Positions 25,692 through 39,226 of a stretch of 64,000 bases of DNA are shown one piece after another. Position 1 is the first letter of the stretch. Every line of letters starts with the position of its first letter. This DNA comes from Haliotis rufescens (Eukaryota), in the NCBI RefSeq assembly GCF_023055435.1, contig NW_025963779.1:61070001-61134000 (forward strand), read 5' to 3'. The notes beneath the pieces were generated by a model. It was not told where the DNA came from, did no database searches, and saw only the letters and a list, made by a program, of their open reading frames with translations. The translations under genes and the position numbers were made by a program.

Positions 25692-25928
25692 CAATATTCC
25701 AGCTACATGACGGCGGTCTGTAAATAATCAAGTCTGGACCAGACAATCCAGTGATTGACATCATGAGCATCGATCCACGCAATTGGGTTACGATGACATG
25801 CATCAACCAAGTCAGCGAGGCTGGCCACTCGATCCCGTTAGTCGCCTCTTAATTACGACAAGCATTGTCGCCTCTTGCGGCAAGAATGGGTTGCTGAAGA
25901 TCTATTCTTACCCGGATCTTCACGGGTC
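25692..25928 (-). mobile_element. SINE-like family B
   Basis: Co-linear with other copies. Confidence 0.88.
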
Positions 25929-26529
25929 TCGCTGCTAACGACTGGGCCATCCGTGACACCGAGTCACCGACCCTAACCCTCGCAGCAGCAGCAGCATTTT
26001 TGTGAGGAGTCGACAACACAACTGATTAATGAAAAAGTGTAATTATAATTCTGTATGAAATCTCAATATGGAGGGGGATATAAGGGAAGACACTCCCATG
26101 GTCATGGAAATGATCCCGCGGGGAAACACACGACTTCATAAATGTCAGACAAAAAAGTGCAGATGGGGAGGAAATGAAACGAGGGAGAACCTGCCCTTTT
26201 CAGCCATAAGTTTACTTTTTTAGAAACCAATTTCTTGTGGCGGGTGTTGACCGCTGTCTGCGATGACGGCGAGGAGAAGAAGCCACAGCGAGAGCGCGTT
26301 GTGTTGGCTGATTTTACGACGCTTGTATTGTTCGCTATCACAGCCACATCGCATGTGCTGGACTATTGTTAACTTTTGTCCCTGTTTTGGTCGTTCATTC
26401 AAAGACACTACACGGGGAGCCACGGATATATGACCCTTATAGTCCCTTAGCTAAGGTAAACGCACGAAATATATGTTGACGTTTCTCCTATACAGTACAA
26501 GAGGGGGTGCTACAAAAGCGTCTGAGCTT

Positions 26530-26720
26530 TTAAGAGGCGACTAACGGGATCGGGTGGTCAGGCTCGCTGACTTGGTTGATGCATCTCATTGTGTCCCATT
26601 TGCGAGGATCGATGTTCATGATGTCAATCACTGGATTGTCTGGTCCTGACTCGATTATTTACAGACTGTCATATAGCTGGAATATTGCTGAGTGCGGCGT
26701 TAAACAACCAACAAACAAAG
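26530..26720 (+). mobile_element. SINE-like family B, 5'-truncated
   Basis: Begins at aagaggcgactaacggg. Confidence 0.85.
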
Positions 26721-27002
26721 ACAACCTAAATATTTTATAGTCACAAATATTGACAAATATCCTGTTATCTACTTGAGACGCGTTTGGCTTTTGAATAGAT
26801 GCTTTAACCTCTTAATTCACTCTTTATCTACTTTTATTCTGGTATCATTTTCGCTTGGTTAGATGTGATATTATGTCTAATACATTCGGACCCCGTTATC
26901 TCGAATATACAGATATCTCGAACCTATTTTCCGGTCCCGACCGTCTCAAGATTTAAAAACATGTGCATATAAATGTGACCGCTTATCCCGAATTCGAGAT
27001 AT

Positions 27003-27292
27003 GTGAGTGAGTGAGTGAGTGAGTGAGTTGGGTTTAACCCCGCTTTTAACAGTATTCCAGTTACATCACGGCGTGTCAGCTTAATGTGGGAGGAAAGCCC
27101 GAAGTGATGCAGGTCTCATATAAACGTTTACCACTTCGGTGAAACCCATGAACACAGGTATGGTGCTGACAAACCTAGAAACATAATCGGGGCGAACCGG
27201 GATTCTAACCCACAATCATAGGTTTCTGGCGTGCCCAAGGGACGCAACCCTGCACATCGAATCGTGGCGCCTTAGACGACTGGGCCACCCGT
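27003..27292 (-). mobile_element. SINE family C, adjoining a pogo-like MITE fragment at about 26885-27002
   Basis: Co-linear with 63551-63825. Confidence 0.88.
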
Positions 27293-27599
27293 TTCGTTTA
27301 ATTTATTTATTTATTTTCTGTTAGACGTAATATCCAATGATGGTATACACGATTTTTAAAAAGAATATACACGTATTTATCTTCTCAGTACAATTTGTGA
27401 AGTTTTTTGTTGTATGAGCTAACTACAGAATTATATTGGGGATTTTAGGGTTTTGTTAATTTATTTATTTATTTTCTGTTGCATATTACACATGAAAATA
27501 TGATGATTCTATAACTAAACACAACAGACAGTGACATCTATACAAACTACACACAACATTGCTGGGTGCGGCGTAAACAACAAACAAACAAACATTTAC

Positions 27600-28720
27600 T
27601 TTGATTCAATGATTAGTGCATTTATTGGGTTGTAGTTTTGTGTTCTATTAAAACAACGTCTTAAGAATATTTAATTTTGACCTGTATTTAATTTAATATC
27701 CAGTTTTCTAAATCAATCCAAAGAGAGTTCACTTTTCTACACGATCAAATAGTTGTTCAAAGTTTCTTTGAAATCTGAGCAGAAGCTACATACGTTTCTG
27801 TCAACGTGTCCCATCTTGTGAAATTTATTCTTTGTTGGTAAAATAAGGTGCATTATTTGGAATTGAAACCATTGGAGTTTCGCGTAGGTTACACACCTGA
27901 AAGCTATTAAGTTATGGTTAAGCTTATCTTTATCCGTCATCTTAATTTGTTGTAGACTTTCCATTTTGTCACAGTGTTGATTTTTGGCACAACTGTTTTG
28001 TATTAAGGTTGACTTGTAATGTTGACTTCCCGTTGATGTTGTAAGTCGGTGAAACAAGTAAAAAGGTCGAATTGGGTATTCCGATTCCTTTTGGAAATTG
28101 GTTAACCCCATTCAGAATACTCATGTTTTTATTTTTCTTTGAGTTTTTCAAACGAAACAAAAGTCCTATTTCACCAAAAAGGCCATTGATATAGTTTATC
28201 CCTTTGTATTTTCAATCCTTACACAGAATACATTTAGTATATATTTTAATGTTATCGTTAAACCAAATTCCCTGTGAAAGAATACCAAATTCGCAATTTT
28301 CTTTATCCTTTGTTTTTAGAAAAAAGTCACCACGCATAAAATACACCCTCATAGTATTTACTACTGATCTGCGCCAGTATCTTTGTTTTTAAATCACAAC
28401 TATTCATTTCGAAGGAACTGACATTATTAATACTTGGAATATTTATTATATTCCGCCGTCCACATAATATTACGGAAGCAAAATATGACAAGTGCGACCA
28501 TTTTGAAAACTTTCCAAATGCCCTGCGTATTATCGATACCTTTTGAGATTGCTCTATTTCTTGTATTTGTGGGCATTTTATGCCTCCATCTTTATTTTCA
28601 CATACAAGTAAACTTCTTTTTATTGTATCTGGTTTGTTTCCCCAAATGAAAGTTTGGTCCTCACTCTATGAAGGTTCATACTCCAATGAACTCACACAAA
28701 GTGAAAGTCAATTCTTAGTG
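27600..28720 (-). mobile_element. decayed 3' part of an L1/Tx1-clade LINE ORF2
   Basis: KLQWFQFQIMHLILPT...CSFC...ET (zf-RVT-like) and upstream FIWGNKPDTIKR and IWFNDNIKI motifs, broken by stops and frameshifts. Confidence 0.8.
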
Positions 28721-29744
28721 AACGACACAATTTGGATCGTAGCGAGGATGTTCGTGAACGTTCATGCAGCCACACTTTCTGACGTTGCTCAATGTATGCT
28801 AAAACGCTGAGTTCAAGATTAAAGGGACTAAATGATAAGGAACCGCGCTTCTGTATGTATTCGTGCTGGGAATTACCTGGGCGTCCCCCAAGAATGTAGA
28901 AGTAGTCCGTCAGCGTTTACGTCATTTGAAGAACACGGTCTCGTGAAAATCGTATGAACGTCAAATTGTATAATTCATACATGACTTATGAACGTCAATT
29001 TCGCGGTCATGTGACAGACCTCTCGTCCAATGGAAAAGCCATATATCGTGTAAACCTTACATTAAAAAATTATATATAGATCTACAGATGGACAGATGGA
29101 TAATTCAGGCTAAAGAAAATTCTTTCGGCGGGAGGTAAATTTTACAAATTTGATGGTATTTGGGTCATTAACAAAACGCACAATAGAATATATCATAAGT
29201 GTAAATCAGTGTCTATATCACTTGCACCACACAAGAGTGTCAAATGTCAACTTCTAATTAACAAACTACCCATTTAGTGGCGTTGTATTATGTTTAAATC
29301 GTAAATATTTCTCTGAACGTCAGGGTGTAAGCAATCAGGTGGATGAGCCCGTCAGTTAGCCCTGTTCGAGGATTTTCAATTTACGTCATTACGTAACCCA
29401 AATTTTACGTATATTGAACCCAGTTCCAATAAAACACAAGGTTAGTTTTAAATTCGGGATCTTAGAAAAGTAATAAAGTATACACTACTCCCATGCATAG
29501 TGTAAAGTATAGGTTTGCCCTGAACTACTATAACGCCATTATATCACCAATGTAACCGGCGTGGTTTACTGAATGTATCACACAGGTTCAGATGTCTGTT
29601 AACCCTCAACATGCTATGTCTTGCAACCTTGAAGGTCAGCTCAGTTGGTCAGTAGTTTAATCATGTATTTCAGTACCTACAAGTTTGATGAAAGAAAGGA
29701 AGGTCCATGTGTATGGCACTATGACGTCACATATATTTCATGTT

Positions 29745-29970
29745 GTTTGGTTGTTTTGGTTGTTTAACGCCGCACTCAGCAATATTCCAGCGATATGACG
29801 GCGGTCTGTAAATAATGGAGTCTGGACCAGACAATACAGTGATTGACAACATGAGCATCGATCCACGCAATTGGGATCGATGACATACATCAACCAAGTC
29901 AGCGAGCCTGACCACCCGATCACGTTATAGTTGCCTCTTACGACAAGCATAGGTTGCTGAAGAGCTATAT
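29745..29970 (-). mobile_element. SINE-like family B
   Basis: Co-linear with other copies. Confidence 0.85.
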
Positions 29971-30455
29971 ACTTCATGTACTAGAATCTGATGGTGACAC
30001 GCCTCTGATAAATGACAATTTTGTGCAGCGGTGAAAAGTCAACTTGTATATCAAGAGAGACGCAAACGCAAGTGTATATTTAGGCTGAAGGGTCCCACGA
30101 GGCATCCTGTCACTGAACGTAAACTGATTTGCCCCAATATTGCACCTAAAGCGCTGTTGAAGGTTTCCACAAGCCACATCGGACCCCTAGCGTAGGTGAT
30201 ATTCTGGCTGCTCAGTGTGGCATTTTAAACGCATAGGGCAGACAAGCGTAACTGCTATATTGGTTTGTTGTTACTTTCTTGTCAGTTGTCATTTCAACTG
30301 TGACGTGTTGACTCATAATTTTCAAGTCGAAAAAGAAAAGTCTTATGTAAAGTGTTGCCCTCTGATTCCTTTTTTGAGTATTGTTTCATTAAACTTTGGA
30401 TATTCATTCTTCCTTTCAATGTTTTGGTCCTTTTTCGCTTATGGCTTAAATTTGG

Positions 30456-30720
30456 TTTGGTTTGGTTTGTTGTTTAACGCCGCACACATCAATATTCCAG
30501 CTATATGACGGCGATCTGTAAATAATTGAGTCTGGACCAGAAAATCCAGTGATTGACATCATGAACATAGATCCACGCAATTGGGATCGATGACATGCAT
30601 CAACCAAGTCAGCGAGCCTGACCACCCGATCCCGTTAGTGGCCCCTTACGACAAGCGTAATCGTGTTTCACGGCAAGCATGGGTTGCCGAAGACCTATTC
30701 TACCCCGGATCTTCACGGGT
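30456..30720 (-). mobile_element. SINE-like family B, full length
   Basis: TSD cttaaatttgg. Confidence 0.9.
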
Positions 30721-31742
30721 CTTAAATTTGGATTAAACGTCACTCACTGAAATTGGCAAAATTCGTAATTAAGCCAACGTGCAGTCCCGGTAGGAAGACT
30801 TTGTTCCTCCAATGACTTATGCCGATCAGTTCACACGCGATTTTGCCGAAATTAATATATAATAGATTATACACAAATTCCAGATACACAATGTACACTT
30901 TTCTGACCAGAAAGTGTCATAACAGGACTAACTAACGTACTTTAGTACGGATTCTTGACATGCTTACGAATTGTTTGTTTGTTTTTTAACGCCGCACTCA
31001 GCAATATTACGGTGGTCTGTAAATAATCGAGTAACGTCTTCGCGCTGTGAAGCTCATTAAATGCGTGTGTTAAGTGCACACCGGTAATTAAACGGCAGTC
31101 AATTTGCTGTATTCCAGAGTTCATTATTAGTTTTGGTATTTTAAATCTGTTTGATCTGCAATATAACATGTATTTTGTGACCTCATTTAATCCTTACATG
31201 TTTTTAAACCCAGTTAATTGATCACTTTTCCAAAATAGTTTACTTAATTTGTGGCCAAATGTATCGAAGAACATATTTATATATACTTCAACCATAATAC
31301 ACATGCTACAAAATTTAGTCCAAACTCGAGAGTAAACATAGTTGCATCCCTTTGATAGACAACCTGCGCAGTCCAAAAACAGCTGGGTTTGTCCAGACCA
31401 GGGCTTAACGTGCTGATGGCTCTTTTAACCTTGACAAGCCGAAACACCATTAGGTCTGCTGTTATACAAGTTCCCCAGTAGGACAGTCAGAAGTAAGTTA
31501 CTTTTGTAAATGGCTGTTTTGATCACTAATTTATATCACTGGAGGTCAGGTTGATGTGGTATGAACACCCGAAGTTTGTTTGTTTTTTAACCCCGCACTC
31601 TGCAATACTCCGGCGGGGAGTGGTCTGTAAATAATCAAGTCTGGTCCAGACATTGATTGACATCATGAGCCATGACTCACACAACTGAGATGTAAAAAAA
31701 CAAAGTCACCGAACATGACCACATGATCCATTTTGACATCAC

Positions 31743-32116
31743 ATACGACCATTTCGGTCGATTGCAGGTTTTGCAAAGCATGTGTACCAACTTAACGTTA
31801 ACAGATATATTCCAAATCTTTTTTGTTTGTGATCAACCTGATTTGCTGCACTTCGGGAAGCAAGACCCCTTTTATTACAATATAGTCTTAGATATTGATT
31901 ATCGATCGTCTTCACTGGGCGACGCCATTTTATTTTAGGTAATTGCAAGTGACGTAAGAGATGTAATCTGATTGATCAACAGGTGGGACGTAGAAGGGAC
32001 ATAACACGTAATAGCCACTGGTTGCGCTACGATCGAGCCTGGAATTTTCAGCCAAGTTCGGCAAGGGTGGGAACTTGACTCTTACAGTCAGTTAACTTCC
32101 TTGCCTTGGGAAGATG
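31743..32116. mobile_element. partial third copy of the 4364 MITE
   Basis: Ends ...agttaacttccttgccttgggaagatg; internal match to about 20400-20670. Confidence 0.75.
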
Positions 32117-33039
32117 CTTATGACAAACATAGGTAGCTGGGGACCTATATGCTTACCCGAATCAACAAGGGTGCAAAGTGCAAAGGCTGATGTGATGCAG
32201 ATTGGTGAAACCAACAGCGCAGTTTAGTGCTGACACACCCACAATCGTAGGGTCCTGGGCATGCTGCTATGCAAAGCAAATTCTTTACTGCTCCATCCCA
32301 TAGTCTACACACTCTGGACACAATATATAGTATTTGTGTGGGAGTTGTGTTTTTGGTCCAATATTTTCTGACCCCGACAGTGGTTTTCTATGTATCAACT
32401 CCTGTAAGAAGACATAAGTAAAAGATACACAGAATACTAGGGGACCAATTTTGCCAAGGACTATGGTCACAAAAGACACAATTTGACCCTTGAAGAAACT
32501 GTTACTGTATGTGGTAAGGGGTACAATTTGTATATGTGCTAAGGGACAGGAAGTGACTTGTATGATGGGAGAAGTAAACAGTATGGCTGCCACTGACCAT
32601 GTGTTCTGTTCTTGAGCTATGTTCCAAGGTACACAGGTTAACAAAACAACAGACAAATATTTGTATAATCATACATGTATTTTATTGCCTTCTTACCAGT
32701 CTCCGAGTTCTAACTGCCATCCAAGTCACAATATGCACTTTAACCAGCCTTCCTCCCTGCAAGAATACGCCATCAGAGGAGGACGTCACGCGTCACACAT
32801 ACGCCATCCAAGTAGGACGTCACGCGTCACACATACGTCAAAGTGCTGCCGAACTATCCCGCAACTAATAGAAGAAGTCAACAGAACAATAGGGGACTGG
32901 TTGTGGCAGCGTTAGCAACTGTAACGACGGTGGCCGTAACCATGGTAACGAAAACAAGACATGACATCTAGTACAGAATAGATACAGGAAACAAATTTTC
33001 ACTGGGGATGAAGAAAACAGAAGTTATATAGCACTTTTT

Positions 33040-35985
33040 TAAACTAACAAAATCGATCTACTTTTAGTAGTGGTCATGGGAACGCGCTTTGACATTTCCA
33101 TGGCAACCATAAGAGAGTTGGCAATTTCCTCATGAGGTTGAACCTCTAAGAAATAAAACACTATAACTGTACAAATCGAACAACTACGTTTCTTGTGACC
33201 AGTGTGACAATCCAAAATGAGGAATGACCGCTTGATCATCTATAAAAGAAATTTGATACAATTAATCAACAGATATGTTTAACAAATCTACAACAAATAA
33301 TTTCTCTACATTTGATGAAATGTTGTTTCTAATATTCTTGATGCCTCAGGTGACGACACTAAGTTTTGGTGTATTTCATTATTCAATCCATCTTCATCAG
33401 CTTGTCTGCATCAGCAATGTGTTTAAGTCTTTAGAAACCTGAACTCCACCAGTCCAGAGGGAAATGATTACTCTTTTCAATTATAAATCTTTCCAAACTC
33501 AACTTGATTAATTTCATTTATAATATTTTATCCATTAACTAAAGATCTCAGTGATACAATGTAAAATTTAAATCACAGGGATATTTTCCCATGAATGTCA
33601 AAAGGTTTCTTTTGAATGTAAATTGAAGTACAGTTTTTTAAAACAATTTTCAAAATACATGAGACGATTACAAATTGTATCAGTTATCATATAATGAAAT
33701 CCATTAAGTTAATTGTTTAATACTGACAATAAATATACTGAAAGTTCATTTTTTAAAGAAAATATAACAAATATCATTTGTCACAATATCTTGATATAAA
33801 AGCTTGAATATTGAATCTATAATATTCTGAGAAAATCTAAAACTGTAAATCCTGAAAACACGGAACATACCCCCATATTAATCTCCAATTTATGTAAATG
33901 TATCAATTCTCTCAAAATATGGATATTTACTTGAATCAGTCTGAGAAACTGGAATTTGCTTATAGACCTACTGCAAAAACTCCATCGTAATCCGATTAGG
34001 AAATGACTTCTTGTGGTAGTAAAGCAAGTTTCAAATCTGACATTCTTGTTTCAGGGTAATAAATATCAGATCTAACAAGTTCTTTATTAAAATGCCATTT
34101 CTGTAACACACACGCAGTGTTGCAATCTGAGGCACCTACAAGAAACTATCAACAGAAATATACATTCACATCCAGTAAAGGAGTTTCTGTACGTACGAAA
34201 ACAATGTTCACTTAACACGGAACTCAAGGCAAAACCACTGAATAAGGTTGCACCAAGCCTTGACTTTTACCATCAATACAACGCCTCACTTCTACCCTAA
34301 CATGCTGACATCAAATCTCTCAATACCATTGCCATAGATAGTGTTACTCTATGTTGAAAAGTAACATCAATATAAGAGAAGCCTGTCAATCCGAGCATCA
34401 ACCAATTTAGGGACTCTGATAGTTTTTTAAAATATCTGTCCATTTTTGTGTCCTTTTCATAAAATAAAATAAATTCTGAAAATAGAACATAAATTAAAAC
34501 ATCTCTGTCTTGGAGCGTTGATGACATTTCTTATGTATCAATACCTTGAGAAATTAATCATTCTGAAACTAAAACGTTCTTCCTTTCGGCCCTCTGTATC
34601 AGATCTGCTGTTTAGAGAGGAAGAAGTGGATGTGAGGCGTTATACTGAGGATGTAGGTGGAGCTCGATGGCCTGGTTTAACATAGGAGAAGGCTTATTTT
34701 GCGAGTGGGCAGTCAACATGTTTAATCTGTATAATCATACAATACATTACTGTGCAAATGTCTTGTTTATCACTCTCCCACCCTACAAACAAAATGTAAT
34801 AGTCCTCCACCCCTATCATCAACATAGTCCACATTATAAGGCAGTTGATACCATTTCGGTAACTTGGGGGTGGAAGGCATACCCTAAAATCTAAGGTCGA
34901 GTGATGGGTTGAGATGCAGAGAGTCATATTTCGTGACACAACTGACGAATGACGTTTCACGGTGTCAAGAATCTGTGATATGCACTGTCAATATCAGTTA
35001 ACCGCCTGGCATGGGCGATGCACACTGCCACTAGACCTCAACACCGCGTCAATGTTGTGAACAGCACAACACATTTGGTGTGCTAGGTGCTGTACACAAT
35101 GATGAACTCACATGATGATGAACATTGGGATATGGGAATCGTGAAGATACACTTGTGAGTACACGGTGAGTCTGATGAAGCTCAACAAGCAACAACTAAA
35201 TACTTGACTGTCTGTTGCTACGCACTCTGCAGTCTTGTAGATTTGTGCACTGAATAAACATAAACAAGCTCCAAGTCTGCTAGTGGGGAAATCTGTAAGC
35301 ATTGTTTATCACACGGCCTCCTGTAGAATCACAACAACGCCGCCAAAATCGGCTGCCCATAAAGTTGCACTATCTCACAATGCTGCGCTGTGTCATACTT
35401 GCAAAACATACATGCAAAGAATATGTGTATCATGAGCTTTCTTCTGGCTCATAGCCCTCATCTGTTAGTCTCTCCAGAGCAGCTTCAATAAATCTTGCCT
35501 CTGTAGTATAGAGGAGCTTCAATAGGTCTTGCCCTCCGTAGTCAGGAGCTTCGATAAATTTTGCCCTCCGAATTCCAGAGGAGGTTCAATAAATCTTGCC
35601 CTCTGTAGTCCTTGTAAGAACGTGATATACATGATGTCATGTATTCTTCAACCACCTGAGTTTCCATGGTAATGCACAATACTGCCATCTGTCTATGTGT
35701 CCGCTCGTCTGTCCGTCTGGATGGCAGAGGCGGCCGTGAGATCATGATGTCTGCTTCCCGACAATACTATGTGGAACTATGTACAAATGGCCGGCTGCTG
35801 ACACTACTGAGCAATGGTTCCTTGCCTCTCCACAACACAACAGAACACGTATCTCACATACAAAAATAATATCATCTTCTTGCCCTCTTCCGTATGTTGT
35901 GGCATCTCTGGGTTGACAGTAAAGAGTGAAAGCCCTGTGTCCCCTCCAGTGTAGTCCAACATCTCCCTGCTAGCCTCTCACTTCA
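33040..35985 (-). other. probable long 3' UTR of NCOA
   Basis: About 3 kb after the stop codon with no recognisable SINE or MITE, unlike the flanks; AATAAA on the minus strand near 34083; true end not determinable. Confidence 0.45.
35475..35610. repeat. 32-35-bp tandem repeat (4 units) in the putative 3' UTR
   Basis: GAGGAGCTTCAATAAATCTTGCCCTCTGTAGT-like units. Confidence 0.8.
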
Positions 35986-36054
35986 TCATTCAGACAGCAG
36001 CTGCTGTAATAAACTATTCTTCTGGTCCGCCGGACGTATATCATCAATAGGGGT
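35986..36054 (-). CDS. NCOA2: NCOA terminal coding exon TPIDDIRPADQKNSLLQQLLSE*
   Basis: ttttgcag acceptor; ends in an LxxLL nearly identical to the SRC-1a C-terminus (QKSLLQQLLTE*). Confidence 0.9.
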   Translation of the reverse strand, partial: TPIDDIRPADQKNSLLQQLLSE

Positions 36055-39000
36055 CTGCAAAACAACCACAAAACGTTAGTGGAAACGCCAAGGATGGGTA
36101 TCAGTATGTAACCAGCTTCTTGACTTAAAGTGAAGTGAAATAGGTTCAACTTCACGTGAAGAAAGTAAAACTACATGTTAGACAAAGAGTACTTATATAA
36201 AGCATAAAACTCCAAACCACAGAAGGGCCTGCTCACAACTTTATTCCTACAGTCAACAGATCAGATTCAAATTGCATTGACAGCTCCCTGGGTAGTGTAC
36301 AACAAAATAAGGAGCCAGAAAATTGTGCATTCACATTATCATCTCATCATACAAGCTAGTTTACCCTTGCCTTGGCCATGGGGCTTGTCGTCTTTCATGT
36401 ACAAATGTGTCTCCTATATGCACTGACAGGCAAGCAGCATCTGATTACCAGCATGAGAAGTATGGCTGAATAACGCTTTTCCCCATCACATTGACCAAAT
36501 GACCTTTTAAAAGGTGAGGTGAAATTGGGTTTAACATTGCGTCCAAGACTNNNNNNNNNNNNNNNNNNNNNNNNNNNNNNNNNNNNNNNNNNNNNNNNNN
36601 NNNNNNNNNNNNNNNNNNNNNNNNNNNNNNNNNNNNNNNNNNNNNNNNNNNNNNNNNNNNNNNNNNNNNNNNNNNNNNNNNNNNNNNNNNNNNNNNNNNN
36701 NNNNNNTAACAACAAGTACCATCTTTTAACGTCTGTTGGTATGATGCGGCCAGGGATCGAACCCCGGACCTTCCGCTCTCCGGGGAGACGCTCTACCACT
36801 AAACCACTAGACCAAAGGACATCACAGGGCAAAGTGTGTGAGCAATTCCCTGCACTGGCAGACCCAGAGGAGGAGCATCCTGACTGAAGGCAGAACACGT
36901 GCCAGTCCCTCTGTCAGTTTTTATTCCCTTCCATTCTGGAGTCAAGTGCACTCCCTTTTTCAAAACCCTGGATCTGCCAGGGTGCATCTGTTTGTGGAGA
37001 TGTCTATCGAGACACTTGCATGTCTCTCTCTGCAAATGAGTAATACAAGGAGCGTACCCGTGGCTCTCTCTGTACAATGTTGACCTGTGTCACAAGCTCG
37101 TTCTTCTGGCCGCCCTGTTTCTGTGACTGATCTCCTGACTGGGGTGCACTCAACAACTGATTGCGGAACAAGCTGGTAGCCTTGCCCTCCGGATCATCTG
37201 GGACTGCAATACAAATACCACGTTACTAACATACTTAGGAATCTGAAGGAGCTGTTCAAATACAGAATGCTGAATTGAGATTGATCAGGGCCCTGTTCCA
37301 CAAAGCAATCGTAACTCTAAGGTGATCGTAACTCCCATACTTTAACATGGGCTTACAATAGTTGTTGCGCTACGATCGTTTTGTGGAACAGGGACCAGGA
37401 ACCAATTATAATCCCCATAATAGCATATGTCAGTGATATAACCCCTTTGACAGTGATTACTAGTGTCTTACAATGTCTGAAATAACTGCTTGCCTGTGGC
37501 TGGCAACTTTTCTGTAGGGCTGCATGAAATTTCCCTCCACCTGCCCGACTGTCTTGCAGAACATTTTAAGACTACTTACATATTCAATTTTATTATAATT
37601 CTTTGTGGATAATTGTTTGTATTATTTCAAGTGAATCAAGACGTGATTTGCCTCTTATTTTTCTTAAGAATTTTCAATATTGGTTATGTCTCAAAGCTAA
37701 TTTTGCAGATGGGCAGGCAACACTTGTGGATCACCTGCCCAACTTGTTGGGTTTTAAAATTATTTAAATCACTGGTATCATAACCACTTGGACAGCAAAT
37801 GTAAATGTGTTCCTTCCACAGCAAATATCAGTTTCTTAAACCCATTGAGTAGCACATACCAGTGTTATAATCTCTGTGCAGCACATACCAGTGTTATAAC
37901 CTCTGTGCAGCATATACCAGTGTTATATAACCCCTGTGCAGCACATACCAGTGTTATAACATCTGTGCAGCACATACCAGTGTTATAACCTCTGTGCAGC
38001 ACATACCAGTGTTATATAACCCCTTGAGTAGAACATACCATTGTTTTAATCTCTGTGCAGCACATACCAGTGTTATAACATCTGTGCAGCACATACCAGT
38101 GTTATAACCTCTGTGCAGCACATACCAGTGTTATATAACCCCTTGAGTAGAACATACCATTGTTTTAATCTCTGTGCAGCACATACCAGTGTTATAACCT
38201 CTGTGCAACATATACCAGTGTTATAACCTTTGTGCAGCACATACCAGTGCTATATAACATCTGTGCAGCACATACCAGTGTTATAACCCCTCAACATCAT
38301 ATACCAGTGTTATAACCTCTGTGCAGCACATACCAGTGTTATAACCCCTTGAACAGCCTGTATCAGTGACATAACCAATAAGAACACAGTAAATGATTCA
38401 CACACTCGAAGAAAGGCCTACTGTTTGTTGTTTAACGCCGCACTCAGCAATATTCCAGCTATAAGACGGCGGTCTGTAAATATACAAGTCTGGACTTGAC
38501 AATCCAGTGATTGACCTCATGAGCTTCGATCTATGCAACTGGTATGTGGTGGCATGCCGTTAGTCGCCTCTTATGACAAGCATGGGTTGCCGAAGACCAA
38601 TTCTAACCCGGATCTTGGATATCTATCTACTTACTATACTGAGTCTGTCCTGTAGACAAGGCACGGAACTGCTCGTATCTCTTCTTGGCCTCTTGTCTGG
38701 AAGAGCTGAGGATGTCTTCATTCTCCGCCAAGTCGTCGAGAGGACCCAGGCCAACTGCAGCATGCTCCTTCGTCATGTCATTAACTGTAACAACAAAGTG
38801 AGTGAGTGAATTTGGATTAACACCCAGGTTCATTCATATCACTGCCTGTCAGCTTACTGTGGGAGGAAACCCAGAATTGATACAGGTCTTACACGTTTAC
38901 AATATTAAACATGCACCGACTGACAGACCAAGAATAAACAAAACATGGCATTGGTCATGTTAAGGAGTCTCATACTTAAAGGGAATACTAACCAATATTT

Positions 39001-39194
39001 GTACAGTAACTTTGAGATAATTCAACCGATACTGAAAAGAACATGAAATCGAACGAAAATAGAACAGAGAGTTGATGCATCAAAACTTGGCTGAATCGTC
39101 ATGCCCTTCTTACTTGTCTCTAAAATTTCTAAAGGCAGTTCTCCTCCAGTGTCAAATGACATCGGCTCGTGCTGCTGCTGTTGCTGCTGAAGTT

Positions 39195-39226
<32 letters not shown>

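Noticed and set aside
33718-35684. Two miR-8/200-type seed matches (AATACTG on +) in the putative 3' UTR
   Set aside because: Not clearly above chance in about 3 kb of AT-rich sequence without conservation data
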